Assembly: GCF_001194135.2 (NCBI RefSeq) | Contig: NC_068984.1 | Span: 17,069,944-17,133,943 of the forward strand | Direction: 5' to 3' | Length of the DNA: 64,000 bases | DNA from: Octopus bimaculoides | Lineage: Eukaryota | Notes under the pieces: model-generated | What the model saw: the letters and a program-made list of their open reading frames with translations, nothing else | Databases searched by the model: none | Told to the model about the DNA's origin: nothing | Part shown: one piece after another, positions 11,641 to 24,539 of the stretch | How the letters are laid out: each line of letters starts with the position of its first letter | Position numbering within the stretch: the stretch's first letter is position 1 | Program-made: the position numbers and the translations under genes

Positions 11641-12059
11641 AGTGGACACACTGAATAACTGCTAGGAGGAGGGGAAGTGAAGGAAGTAGGAGAGGACCAG
11701 GAAGGAACAAGTCAGTAATAAATGAATAATTGTGAATGACTTGCTAGTAAATGAAGAAAATGAGACACTACCAAGTCAGCCACCATCACACACACAAAAA
11801 AAGAAGAAAATGATAAAGACAGATAATCAAAATAAAGCTGATAGTAACAAGCCCTAATTCTACATAAGGAAGTTGGAAAAACAGAATCCTTCTAGCAAAA
11901 TAGAAATATTAAAAAACAATAAACGCAATACATCCAAATACAATTTCACTGTGGAATGTCTATGAAATCTATAGCTGAATAAGATACCATGCTGTTTACA
12001 AAATTCTGATCTTATCATTAAGTAATAATCGTTAGTGACATGAGCACAAGACCAGAAAT

Positions 12060-12540
12060 TTTGAAGAATGGGATTAGTTGATTAAATCTACCCCAGCCTC
12101 AAAAGATTTGAACTCAGAATGTATAGAGCTGGAACAAATATTGTAAGGTATTTTGTTTGACATTCTAATGATTCTGCCAATCTGCAATCCTTATAAAGTA
12201 TAGGTCTTCTGGTCTCAAAACAAGAAGAAGAAGAGAAGACAACAATGATGACATCATTTAACATCTGTTTTCTATGCTGGTATGGGTTGGGTCGTTTAAC
12301 AGGAGCTGGCAAGGCTAGGAGTCACCCCAGGTTCCATAATCTGTTTTCGGCACAGTTTCAACAGCTGGATGCCCTTCCTAACACCAACCACTTTACAGAG
12401 TGTACTGGGTGCTTTTTAAATGGCACCAGCACCAGTGCTTTTTATGTGGTACCAACACCAGTGCTTTTTATGTACACCACCACCAGTGCCTTTTATGTGG
12501 TGCCAGCACCAGTGCCTTTTATGTGGTGCCAGTACCAGTC
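12060..12540 (-). mobile_element. SINE family B fragment followed by family C copy
   Basis: atttgaactcagaatgta B-box segment; (CAT) tail and tandem gtgcttttt modules. Confidence 0.65.
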
Positions 12541-12601
12541 TTTTCACAAATTAAAGAAAATACTTGAATGTATTTTATGATAGCATTTCTAATACATTCT
12601 A

Positions 12602-12728
12602 CAGGGTGTCCACAAGGTCTGGGTACATGGAGTAAATAAAATCATAGCATAAACAATTAAATATAAGAAATAATAATTTCTTATAGTATGTGTTAATCCC
12701 CATGTACCCAGACTTTGTGGACACCCTG
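12602..12728. mobile_element. 127-bp Tc1/mariner-type MITE
   Basis: 29-bp TIRs CAGGGTGTCCACAA(G/A)GTCTGGGTACATGG with 1 mismatch; TA on both sides. Confidence 0.9.
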
Positions 12729-13209
12729 TAGTTAAATTATATTAGTAAATTTATTTCCAATAAATAATCTAAGTGATGTCATGATTGTTTATGCTATACT
12801 TGTCAGGCATTTTGATGCATACCACGGTAGATTTTTGATGCATACCACGGTAGATAATTGACAGTGTTTTGCTATTATTTCATGTGAAGTAGACAAAATT
12901 TTAATAATCAAGACTGTGTTGCATAATAGGGTACTTAACAGTATCATTCCATTGGTTACTAGAGTGGTTGTTAAAAAGACTGTCGGTGCAATAAACTCTC
13001 AGCAATAAGTGACAGATTCCAACGCCTTTGTGACTACTACAATAACAATCTTATCATCAAATAGAAAGCTTTAAAACTTTAGTAGATGGCATGTGATGGT
13101 TTTCATTCACTGCATATTAAAAACATGTTAAATACACATTCGACTGTCTTTTAAAAAAAATATGTTATATCAAAACCAACACTTGTAATCTTCTGTTGTA
13201 AAATATTTG

Positions 13210-13425
13210 TTTAAATTTTGGCATAAGACCAGAAAGTTTGGAGGAGGAACTAAGTTGGTTACACCAACTTCAGTATTTGACTGGTACTTATTTTATTGAC
13301 CCCACCCCTCAAAGGATGAAAGGCAAAGCCAACTTCAGCAGCATTTGAACTCAGAATGTAAAGATGGACGAAATACTGTTCAGCATTTTGCTCAGTCTGC
13401 TAATGATTCTGCCAGCATTGTGTTG
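13210..13425 (-). mobile_element. tRNA-derived SINE family B
   Basis: Reverse complement of ctggcagaatcattagc...ctgagttcaaat...ccttttcatcctt. Confidence 0.75.
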
Positions 13426-13992
13426 TGAAATATTGCCAAGAAGCTGCAACAACACACCTCTCTCATCATCATCCTTCCACTGCCTTCCCCGTTTGGTACC
13501 ACTCCCTAGCCACTCCCCCAACTGAGATGCTTTTGCAGCATTCACACTCTATTTGTCCCCTTCCCCCTACCTCAATGCTATCCTCCAGCTTCTCCAGCTC
13601 CTCAACACCCTTTCTCATTTTCCTCCTACACCCATGACCTCCCAACACCTCTTTTCTTCAATGACTCTCAGGATTCCACCCAAAACTATTGTTCCCTTTC
13701 TTCTCCTTTCCCTCACCTTTTGTCCATACTTGCCCTAAAAATGTAGGATAGCCCTAAGCCTTGCCCCTACACAACCTGCCCTTTCCACTTTGTACCTTTC
13801 TTTCTCAATAACCCCACTAATCCCTTACCTTTCATCTGTTCTCTGCCATACTCCTTCCCACCGATTAGTGCCTACTCTACTACTCCTACTCTCTCTACTA
13901 CTCTTCTATTGCAATTATAAATCTGTTCTTTTCAATTTACTCATCCTTTCTCATCATCACCACCATCTATAATCATCACAAACACTCTCTCT

Positions 13993-14228
13993 AAAGGCAG
14001 CGAGCTGGCAGAAACGTTAGCATGCTGGGCGAAATGCTTAGTGGTATTTCGTCTGCTGCTATGTTCTGAGTTCAAATTCCGCTGAAGTCGACTTTGCCTT
14101 TCTTCCTTTCGGGGTCGATTAAATAAGTACCAGTTATGCACTGGGGTCGATATAATCGACTTAATCCGTTTGTCTGTCCTTGTTTGTCCCCCCCTGTGTG
14201 TAGCCTCTTGTGGGTAGTAAAGAAATAA
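13993..14228 (+). mobile_element. SINE family B, near intact
   Basis: A-box tggcagaaacg, B-box gagttcaaattcc, CpGs retained, flanking acactctctct duplication. Confidence 0.88.
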
Positions 14229-15039
14229 CACACACTCTCTCTTCTCAGTTACAGGGGTTAAATATAGGCCCTTAGCTTTGCAAGTGATGAGGTGATCTTA
14301 ACTTGTGCTGGTGCCATGAAAAAAAGCATCCGGCATACTTCGTAAAGTGGTTGGCATTAGGCAGGGCATCCACATGTAGAAACTGTGCAAAAGAAGATAT
14401 TGGTGCAGAACACAATTCTCCAAACTGTCAGATTCTCTCAAACTGTCCAGCCTATAGCAGCATAAAAGTGGATGTTGAATAATGATGATGATGTCAATAA
14501 TGATGAAAAGCTTTACAGCCTACATCTAAAATGGAAATTCTGAAGGTTCTTATACACTGGCACAAACAGTTTAGTATGTCTCAGATTGTTTCTTGCCCTG
14601 CAATATCCACAAAATATTTTCCCATAGCACGTGCCATTCATTCTTATTATACATGGATGACAAAAATCAGTGAACAATCAGCTGAAACCATGTGTACAGG
14701 AGACTGAATACCAACAGAACAGGCATGTACTGCCCAATCACAGTATGAACTATAACTGCAATAATAAAACACTGATAGATTCTTGAAGCTACAACATAAC
14801 GCATGATTAATATAAAACAGTGAGAATAAATAAGCATTACTTCTGAGAGGATAATGCGAATGCTAATGAGTTAAGTGATTAAATGATTTCACTACCATCG
14901 ACAACATCTTTATGACTCCCTTGCAAGAAACAAAATTAAGACACAAATATTCCACCAAAAATTTTTTTTTTTTTTTGTAAGTCAGATACTTAATGTATCA
15001 GTTTTCACTGCCAACCTGCTAAGTTATAGGAGACATAAA

Positions 15040-15049
15040 NNNNNNNNNN
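15040..15049. other. Assembly gap (10 N)
   Basis: N run inside a family A SINE. Confidence 0.99.
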
Positions 15050-15085
15050 AAGTCATGGAGAGAACAAACACAGACACAAAGACAC

Positions 15086-15139
<54 letters not shown>

Positions 15140-15163
15140 TAATTATTATTATTATTATTATTA
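15086..15163. repeat. (AAT)n microsatellite followed by its complement (ATT)n
   Basis: Direct reading. Confidence 0.95.
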
Positions 15164-15518
15164 AATCTATTAGCCAAAATCAAATATAAATGGGAATAAC
15201 AAATTATTTTTGAAAATAATTTAGAAATATAAAAATCATAAAAATTTCCTAAGAGACACAATGTATGGATTAGCTGTGAGTGTCAATTAGAAACCAAATA
15301 ACTGGAACATTTTTTTTTTTTTTTACAGTATAAAATATGGCTGCTTTTCAACAATCAAAAGCTAACAGTTTAACAAAATCAAATCGCAGTTAAATATTTT
15401 AAGTGAAATCTAAATCAACTAATTTCCTCTCTTCCTTATTAAATATGTTATGCTATGCTAATTTGCTTCCCACTCATCCTTGAAACTTTTTTTTTTTTGT
15501 TTTAATAAACAAACCTAC

Positions 15519-15599
15519 CTTATCGGCATTCATGGCAACATTAATATCTTGCTGTGTGACACAAACATGTTTGATGTTTTTAACATAGTTGTCAGTCAG
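15519..15599 (-). CDS. Sos: SOS exon (LTDNYVKNIKHVCVTQQDINVAMNADK, phase 0/0)
   Basis: Matches SOS [27 protein letters not shown]; long T tract + gcag acceptor, AAG|gtaggt donor; 81 nt. Confidence 0.96.
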
Positions 15600-15929
15600 C
15601 TGCAAAAAAAAAAAAAAAAAAAAAAATTAAAATCAAATAAATCAAATGAATAAGTTGAATATGAACAAATAAATTGAAAATTAGCTTGCATTTACATTGA
15701 ATTTAAGTAACAATTAACATCTGTGAAATGTGTAACAAGATTAGGAATGTGTTGGGTTTCCCCCACCCCAAAGTCTAGAACATTAAACAGTGGCATTATA
15801 AATGTTCCTAAATACTGTGCACTGTAAAAAATTTCATGCTTCCAACGGACATTTTTAATCATACCCCTTCCCTACCCAACACAAATCCTTGCAAGTATTG
15901 CTATATGCTTTATCTTTTATGTGTTTCAG

Positions 15930-17000
15930 TTATTGGACTGAGGCCGTGCTGGGGGCAACATCCTCAACAGTTTAGTCAAACAAATCAACCCCAGTGCTTA
16001 TCTTTTTTAAAGTCTGGTATTTATTCTATTGGTCAGTTTTGCTGGACTACTAAGTTATGGAGACATAAACAAACCAACACCAGTTGCCAAGCAGTGGTGG
16101 GAGACAAACCCAACACACACACACACATATATAGATAAGGAAATAATTTTATTTTCAAACACAGGATAATGCTAATAATATAGCCTGAACAGGATAAACT
16201 ATCCATATTTTGCAGAAAAATCTGTCGGCTGCCAGCCATGAAACTCAAAATCACATTCCTGTGATTATGCGTCAAGTTCTTTATCATTAAGCTAAACTGC
16301 CCAGCAGCAAATTCTTCTGCAATTTTAGGATATATAAACCTAGCTTTATAAGACACTATCGTACGTATATATATATATATATAACATCCTGTGCTGGTAC
16401 CATGTAAAAAGTACCCTAGCTGGTGCCATGTATAGAACACGGATGCTGGTACCACATAAAAAGCACCCAGCACAGATTGTAAAGTGGTTGGCATTAGGAA
16501 GGGCATCCAGCCATAGAAACATGCCAAAACAGACAATTGGAGCCTGGTACAACTCTCTGGCTTGCCAGCTTCTGCCAAACGGTCCAACCCATGCCAGCAT
16601 GGAAAACATGATGATGATGATGATGATGATGATGCTTCCATACAGTTTCTTATTTCTTTATTGCCCACAAGGGAATAAACATTGAGGGGACAAACAAGGA
16701 AAGACAAAGGGATTAAGTCGAATACATCAACCCCAGTGCGTAACTGGTACTTAATTTATTGACCCTGAAAGGATGAAAGGTAAAGTCAACTTCGGCAGAA
16801 TTTGAACTCAGAAAGTAACGGCAGACGAAATACTGCTAAGCATTTTGCCCTGCGTGCTAACGTTTCTGCCAGCTCACCCCTTTCCATACAACTGTATGCT
16901 TCCATACAGCTTCTTTTTACCAAATTCACATATATGGCATTGGTTGATCCGGGGCCATAGTAAAAGGCGCTTATCCAAGGTGCCATGCAAAAAAAGAAAA
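15930..17000. mobile_element. Nested SINE cluster: A (-) 15930-16135, C (+) 16385-16632, B (-) 16646-16881 inserted in an A copy
   Basis: Family motifs; ttccataca repeated on both sides of the B copy. Confidence 0.8.
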
Positions 17001-17914
17001 CGAAGAGGCAAAGTAAACTCACTTTTACATAACCCAGGATCTTCATAATTTAGTCATATACTCAAAAATTACACATTAATAAAGTAAGATCATGTGTAAC
17101 TTCAGGATGAACCTAACCTCCCATAATGAAGTTCTAAATTTGGATGAAAATATGCAGATTTCAATTTCCTAGTAGCAGCAGTGTCATCATTGTTTTTGCA
17201 TGTTTTACCCTATGCTGGCATGAGTTGCATAAAACTCAAGGCAAATTTTCTACAGTCAGATGCTCTTCCTGTCACTTACTAACCCTTACATGTTTTCCCA
17301 GTGAGATACTTTCCTTCCATTGGTCCTTATATGTCGAAAACTGAAGCTGTGGGACTTCTGTTTACTGGAGAATGTAAACAAAGACAAGCGAATCATATAC
17401 ACAAAATTCTCATGTAGGTTTCATAATAACCTACTTAAGCGGTTTTCTTCATTGTCTTAAGTTTATAATGTATGTGATTACTCAATGTAATCATACCGAT
17501 GTCAGGCAGTTCAAATGGGGAAAGAATATTAATATTTGTGAAATACTTTTCCCATCAATAGATGATGGTCATTCCTGTTGAATTTAACATATGGGTGTTT
17601 AAAGGAAAGGATAAAAAAAAAAGATTAAAAATGAACAAATGAGGCAATAAATTCATAGGCAATAACTTTCCCAAGATGTTAAATCAAGCTGTAGGGATAC
17701 CAATGTCTATACTCAGAACAGTGCCGAAAAACAATCTAAAAACAGCTTATTGGTAACTTATGCTCATTACAATTGCTTACAAAATCCAATATTTCAATCC
17801 CTTACTGCAACTGGTCCTTCACCTTAGCTCTCTTCTCAAACATTTTCCTCCTACTTACTTCTACCAGAGAGTATAACGACACAATGCAAATTGTTAGGAA
17901 ATAATTAATACAGC

Positions 17915-18606
17915 TCATCATCATTGTTTTTATATCCACTTTCCATGCTTGCATTGGTCAGATGGAATTTTGTGGAGACAGGTTTTCTACAACTGGATAC
18001 CCTTCCTGACACCAACCTTCATCTGTTTCCACATAAGGTAATATTTCCCCATGACCAGACATGTTTTCATGGAAGATTGGGAATGAAGGATACCACTTGC
18101 ACGATGGTAACATTTGTTTTTTTTTACAACTTCATGCAATGTTAAAATAAGGAAAATCACACACACACACTAAAGGAAAAGGAAAACAAAATCAAGGCAG
18201 GGTGAGTATCTTAGGTAGTTTAGAATATTTAATTAGAGTAAAGGTGAATAAAAAAAAGGAGAAATAGAATGCCCCCTTTGTAGTGGCAAGACACCAGCTT
18301 CTGTCTCTCTGTCTCTTTGTTACACTCTGACCTTTCATCCTCTGACACAAGTTCCCCTCCACAAATGCCCTTCCCCTCTCATAATTCCTTGTCTTATGAG
18401 TTACTTGGTTACCCTGCCAGTGCTGGTGCCACTTTAAAAGCATCCAGTCCACACTGTAACATGGTTGGCATTTTGAAGGGCATCCAGCCGTAAAATCCCT
18501 GCCAAAACAGACACAGTAGCCTAAGGTAGTTTTTCTACCTGGCCGGCTCCTGTCACCCGTCCTACGCATGCATGCAAGGAAGACGGACGTTAAACGATGA
18601 TGAGGA

Positions 18607-18610
<4 letters not shown>
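17915..18610. mobile_element. SINE variant (-) about 17915-18150 and family C (+) about 18290-18610
   Basis: ggcatccagc(c/t)gtaaaa core and (GAT)n tails. Confidence 0.65.
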
Positions 18611-18643
<33 letters not shown>

Positions 18644-18928
18644 NNNNNNNNNNNNNNNNNNNNNNNNNNNNNNNNNNNNNNNNNNNNNNNNNNNNNNNNN
18701 NNNNNNNNNNNNNNNNNNNNNNNNNNNNNNNNNNNNNNNNNNNNNNNNNNNNNNNNNNNNNNNNNNNNNNNNNNNNNNNNNNNNNNNNNNNNNNNNNNNN
18801 NNNNNNNNNNNNNNNNNNNNNNNNNNNNNNNNNNNNNNNNNNNNNNNNNNNNNNNNNNNNNNNNNNNNNNNNNNNNNNNNNNNNNNNNNNNNNNNNNNNN
18901 NNNNNNNNNNNNNNNNNNNNNNNNNNNN
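18644..18928. other. Assembly gap (285 N) within a (TA)n tract
   Basis: N run flanked by (AT)n. Confidence 0.99.
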
Positions 18929-19967
18929 ATATATATATATATGCTTCTTTTAGTTTCCATCGACCAAATCCATTCACAAAGTTTTGGTTAGCTCAAGGTT
19001 ATAGAAGACACTTGCCCAAAATGCCATCCAGTGGGGCTGATCCCAAAACCACGTGGCTGGGAAGCAAACGTTTTGTCACTTCATGTAAAATATAACTCAA
19101 AAACATTTCCAGAAGGTAATCTTCTCGCACTTGGACAGAGAGAAAGCTCTCAGTCTAGGTAGACAACATTTGTAAATCTGGTGTAAACAATAAACAAACT
19201 TGTCCTCTTTTATTTTCAGCAATTCAAACAAATATAAAATGGAAAGGATTTTAACATGAGAAACCTGCTTCACTATATTTCCCATGATATTGTGACTGGG
19301 AATTAATGACTGTATACCCTTCCTATTGCCAACTAATATGACATCATAGCTGGTTATTTTAGATAAACCAAAACACCAACTATAATGAACATGTTTTTAT
19401 GCTAATATAACAGAATGTGTCCTGCCAATATGAAACAATAATCATTATACAAATGATAAGAAAAGGAAAGAAAATTTTAAAATGAGAAAATGGAAGAGAA
19501 ATAATGCTTTCTCCTTTCTACTATAGGCACAAGGCCTTAAATTTTGGAGAAGGGGGTTAATTGATTACATTGATCTCAGTACTTGGCTGATACTTGTATC
19601 TTGTTGGTGTTAATATCAGTTGCTGGCTATTTTGAATTCATAAAGGTCTTCTGAGGACAAATATGATGTAATGAACATGCAGATGAAGAGATGAAATACA
19701 TTGCTTAATAAATGAGTGTTGATATCAGGAAGCATATTTGAGGGAGATAATAATCAATGGTATATGTAATACAATATAAAGTTAACTTTTATAAAATGTT
19801 TATACCCAACTTTTGGATAGAGCTGAAAGTACTTTTAATTGAGGATACTGCTTCACTGTGCAATTAATTTTGTGCTTATTTGTGCAACAAGATAGAATAC
19901 AACCATTAAAAGATAAATGAATTGAATCTCTAAAAGACATATCTTGAGACTCAAGATTTAGAAATAT

Positions 19968-20367
19968 ATCATCATCATCATCGTTTAACGTCCGCTTTCC
20001 ATGCTAGCATGGGTTGGACGATTTGACTGAGGACTGGTGAAACCGGATGGCAACACCAGGCTCCAGTCTGATTTGGCAGAGTTTCTACAGCTGGATGCCC
20101 TTCCTAACGCCAACCACTCAGAGAGTGTAGTGGGTGCTTTTACGTGTCACCCGCACGAAAACGGCCACGCTCGAAATGGTGTCTTTTATGTGCCACCCGC
20201 ACAAGCCAGTCCAGGGGCACTGGCAACGATCTCGCTCGAAAATCCTACAGGAGCCAGTCAGGCGGTACTGGCAACGGCCACGCTCAAAATGGTGCATCTC
20301 ATGTGCCACCCGCACAAGAACCAGTCCAGGGGCACTGGCAACGATCTTACTTGGCTTGCCGGGTCTT
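19968..20367 (-). mobile_element. Young family C copy with internal tandem modules
   Basis: CpG-rich; long near-identical stretches shared with 56190-56505 and 59865-60175. Confidence 0.85.
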
Positions 20368-20499
20368 AAGAATGTTATATAATTAGTGAATAACGGTCAA
20401 GGAATAACACTATTCTGAATTATGTAACTGAATATTTTATGTTAAGAGAGAAAGTGTTTCTGAAATAGTTCAAAATGGCAAGAGATATAATAACTACAA

Positions 20500-20905
20500 T
20501 AGGCACAAGCATAGCTGGGTGGTTAAGAAGCTAGCTTCTCAGTTATGTGGTCTTCAGTTCAGTCATACAGCGCAGCACCTTGGGCAAATGTTTTTTACTA
20601 GTCCTGGGCTGATCAAGCCTAGAGAGTGGAACTGAAAGAGGTGTGTGTGTGCGCATACTGGGGGTGGGGGTGCAAACCCTTGTCTAGACATCACAATGTT
20701 TGAAATGAGTATCGTCGTCATATAAGTGATGTCGTTTGTTTCCAGTCGCTTGTGGAAAACATGTCTCACCTCGGAAAAATATTACTTTGCTAGAAAACAG
20801 GTTAGTGTTAGTGACAGGAAAGGAATCCAGCTGCAGAAAATCTGCCTTGCAAAATTCTGTTTAAGCCATGCAAGCATGGAAAATTTAATGTTAAATGATG
20901 ATGAT
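20500..20905 (+). mobile_element. SINE with family A head and (GAT)n tail
   Basis: gtggttaagaagctagcttc...ttcagttcagtc head; aaggaatccagctgcagaaaatc core. Confidence 0.65.
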
Positions 20906-21436
20906 GATCTTAAAACTTTAAATCACATTATTCAGGGAGATACATATGTGATTTGAATAAAACTAAAGCTAAGAATTACAGGAAAATAGTATTGAACTAG
21001 GTTCAAAATATAGAGTAAGTTTATTGGAATTAAATAGAAAACTAAAAGAATAAACTAATGAAAACTAAAAATAAATTATGCTAAGTGGGTGGAATGGATA
21101 TAAATTAATGGTTTAAAAAGGATGTTTTGTTTCTGCGCAATTAAATGTAAGAATAAAACTGCCGCATTTAATTATGAAACTATAGATTAAAAACTTTTGT
21201 GGCAGGTAATAAAATGTGTGAAAATCATTCTATCCAGAAGTTGTTTTGTAAATGAGATAAAAACAAAACAAAAATTTGTAGTGTTAATTTCAAACTGCAA
21301 AATAAGCAGTAGTTAGATTGCAGCTATCTTGTGCATAAATATCATATCAGAAGGTTGTATAGCAAGCAAAGAAATAGCAGTAAAACTATAATAGCAGGAC
21401 AGAGAACAATAAATCTAAAGAAAAATATTGTGTTAC

Positions 21437-21520
21437 CTTAAGTATGTCAGCAGCAATATATTCAAGAACAGCAACTATATATAAAGAGACTTGGTAATCT
21501 ACCTTGTAACGGAAAACCTC
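21437..21520 (-). CDS. Sos: SOS exon, histone fold 2 ([28 protein letters not shown], phase 0/0)
   Basis: Manual translation (absent from ORF track) matches SOS1 [28 protein letters not shown]; tttttcag|GAG, AAG|gtaaca; 84 nt. Confidence 0.97.
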
Positions 21521-23284
21521 CTGAAAAATATCAAAAAGAAACGTTAATTAATGAGAGGGAAAAAAAAAAGCACATTCAAAAAAATATAATACTTAAATTT
21601 GTCATTTATTTAAGTCTGTAAAGAACAAGAATAAATTTCCTGTGCAATGAAGAGTTCCATGTTATTAAACATTCTGTAGTCTGCAAACAATGAAGAAAAG
21701 GTTGTAAAAACAAGGTCAACAAAGACAAAGATACAGAATATATGCTAGAAACATAATATGAATCTGCAGACAGGGGCCCTCAACTTGTGTACAATAGATC
21801 AACATGATAAAAATTTTCAATTACAAAAAGTATTTCTATAGAGCTACAAGCTTAAACATAACAATGATAAAACACTAGCTATTTTTATAAATTTATTTAA
21901 ATGTCATTTAACTGTAATGCCATTTTTGGCATTAATTTATTCAATTTCCTACTTGAATAAAAAACAGAAGTATGTATTGTTATGCTGCATTTTCATAACA
22001 ATTACAAGCCAGATTAGATAATTCAGTCCATATTCTAACGGTACCATCAGAATAATGCCATGGATTTGAATCAATTGTACAGAGTTATATTTCTAGATAT
22101 TAGTTATGTCCAACACTATGTTAATAAAGTTTGAAGGCTTAACAATAAAGCTCTTGACAGTCAAAAAAGATCATTGTCTTCTCCTTATCAGTAATGTTTG
22201 TGGTCATTCTTTCATGGGCTTGCAGCATAGTTTGTTGTCCATTATTTTCATTTGCTGAAATTTTATATCTTAAATCTGCTGGAAGTTTTATTTTATTTCA
22301 CTTATCTATTTTGTTGTTGTTGTTGAGAATATTCTAACAGGAAGGAAAAATACAGAATATTTAGATGTATAACTTTAGATAGCTAAATATATCTTTCTTC
22401 TCAATTAATAAATATAATACAAAAATGTATGACATGCACTTTGGAAAAGATATTCATTTCTATGCCGACTATATTATACTATCACAGTAAAGTACAACTA
22501 GTTATTGTTCCACTAGATACATAGCAAACTATGTCTAATTTAGGTTATTTGTTTATAAATTCCAAATTATTTTTTCCTCAACCAGTTTTTTGTTTTTCTC
22601 CAAAACCTTGTTCACAATTTAACTATTACAACAAAACAAAGGATGTCAGTGTAGTCTACTCAGCAATGCAGACTCCCCAGCAGAAAAAAAACAGAATCAG
22701 TGCCATCATCTATTAGTGAAATGAAGCTAGTAAGTCAATAACTTACATAGTTTTGCTATAAGCACTACTTCCACTTTTCACATTTTTATGACTTTGTAAA
22801 CTAAACAAGTTTACAAACTAAAATCAAGGAATTTTCAAGTGTTAAAATTGATAAAATAAAAATTCAAAAAGAAAAAGAAATAAGGGGGAAGAAACAGCTG
22901 GCAAAAATATCAACAAAAATGATCTTATAAACAGGAAGGGTGACCACGAATGAATAATTTCTAAAAATTAAATAATATAGGATCAAAATCTCATTTGATG
23001 TTTTTATACAAAATTCAGTGTAGGTTGTGAAATAAAGTATTTTTTCTTTAAATATCAACATGGGGCTATCAACTTTGATAATAATGATAATTTACAACTA
23101 TTTTTCATGCTACTCATAGTAGAATGGTGCTGTATAATAGAAACAAGAAAAGTTCAACACCTTAGATGGTTACTGGATATAACAAACAATAAGTGTGTTG
23201 AGGTATCAAAGAATAATCCACCCACCAAAAGATAGTATTCAGACCTGGAATATGACAGCCAGTAAAGCAACCTTTTATAATATT

Positions 23285-23530
23285 AGTTTCAAATTTCGAT
23301 ACAAGGATAGTAGGTTCAGTGGAGGGGTTAAATCGATTACAATGACTACCAGTGCTCAACTGGTACTTATTTTATCGACCCTGAAAGGATGAAAGGTAAA
23401 GTTGACCTTGGCAGAATTTGAACTCAGAACGTAAGAATGGACAAAATGCCACTAAGAATTCTGCCAGCTTGCTGCCTTAATAATCCTTTCTACTAAAGGC
23501 ACAAGGCCTGAAATTTGGGGGGAGGGGACT
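23285..23530 (-). mobile_element. SINE family B (variant tail), one copy plus a fragment
   Basis: aatttgaactcagaacg; taatcctttctact...ggcacaaggcctgaaatttgggg tail. Confidence 0.7.
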
Positions 23531-24539
23531 AGTGGATTACTGCAATAGACTGGAAACATTGATAACAATGGATTTGGGAACTTTATTGTTCCAAATGATC
23601 TATAAGGATCACTATGAAGATATGAGTAAACTTCAATGAAACAAAAAAAATAAATTAGGACAGAGTTTGTTTTTAATACAACACAGTGGAAAGAAAAGCT
23701 GTTCCCCATGTGTGTGCGAGCAGCCAAAAGAAAATGTGTTATTCAAAATGTAACAAATGGTTTAATGAAACTGTACATTTGAAAGTAAAAACCAACAATG
23801 GCTGTAATATGCCAGATGAATTCAGAACTGATTTTTAGAAGTTAAAAATGGAAAGCAGGCGTTAAATGGCGATGATGATGAAGATGATTAAAATTACAAT
23901 TAGTACAAGTCTTGTTTTTCACCTGTAGTCGTTATCATTTATTTTATATAATTTCCTTACATCCTTAATTGATCATTAATTAGAAAGAAATCTGTAATTA
24001 TAAGCAGAGATATTTCTGAGAGACAATCTGCTGCAAGCCACTGGTCAGTCCTTTGGACAGAATAGAAACCAGTCAGGAAGCAGACAACACGGTGGTGAAA
24101 GAGTAGTGGATAGAGCCAGGGCTCTAAGAGATAGGATGATATAAAAAGGAGCAATGTTTGGAAGTAAGGCAGGAAGCAAGATATCAGGTTATCTAACAAG
24201 GAGAGAAGTTAAGAGCTATGAAGAGAAGTGTGAGATGGTTTCAGCCACAAGGCAGTGTGTTAGTATGAATGAGGATATCATTTGGGTGAAGTGGTATGTA
24301 ATGACATTAGGGCATCTCAGTGATTATGAGCACACACAAAAAAAAAAGGATGCAAATGTTAATATGAAGATTATGAGTAGGATGACAATGGACTATTGAA
24401 AGTAAAATATGAATGGAGGGGTCAGCAATCGTTGTTCACTTTAGAAGCAATGTAAAAGATGCAAGTAAGGAGACTAGCACAACCTGTCTCAAATAGCTGG
24501 TACCTCAGTCGATATAGGCTATAGCAAGTTACTACTTAT

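Noticed and set aside
12860-13180. Possible Helitron/PIF1 helicase remnant on the minus strand
   Set aside because: Only vague similarity across frameshifts; cannot be supported without TBLASTX.
16033-16707. Longest ORF in the track (224 aa) and similar LQLDALPNANH-type ORFs
   Set aside because: Chance read-through of SINE and family C repeats and microsatellites; no protein homology recognised.
18192-18991. ORFs spanning X runs
   Set aside because: Artefacts of the N gap and (TA)n.
20130-20360. CRISPR-like alternation of repeats
   Set aside because: Eukaryotic intron, degenerate retroposon modules, no unique spacers or cas genes.
22028-22051. Minus-strand peptide SDGTVRIW resembling a WD40 end
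   Set aside because: Isolated 8-mer, no upstream WD40 features or convincing splice sites; stop codon shortly after.
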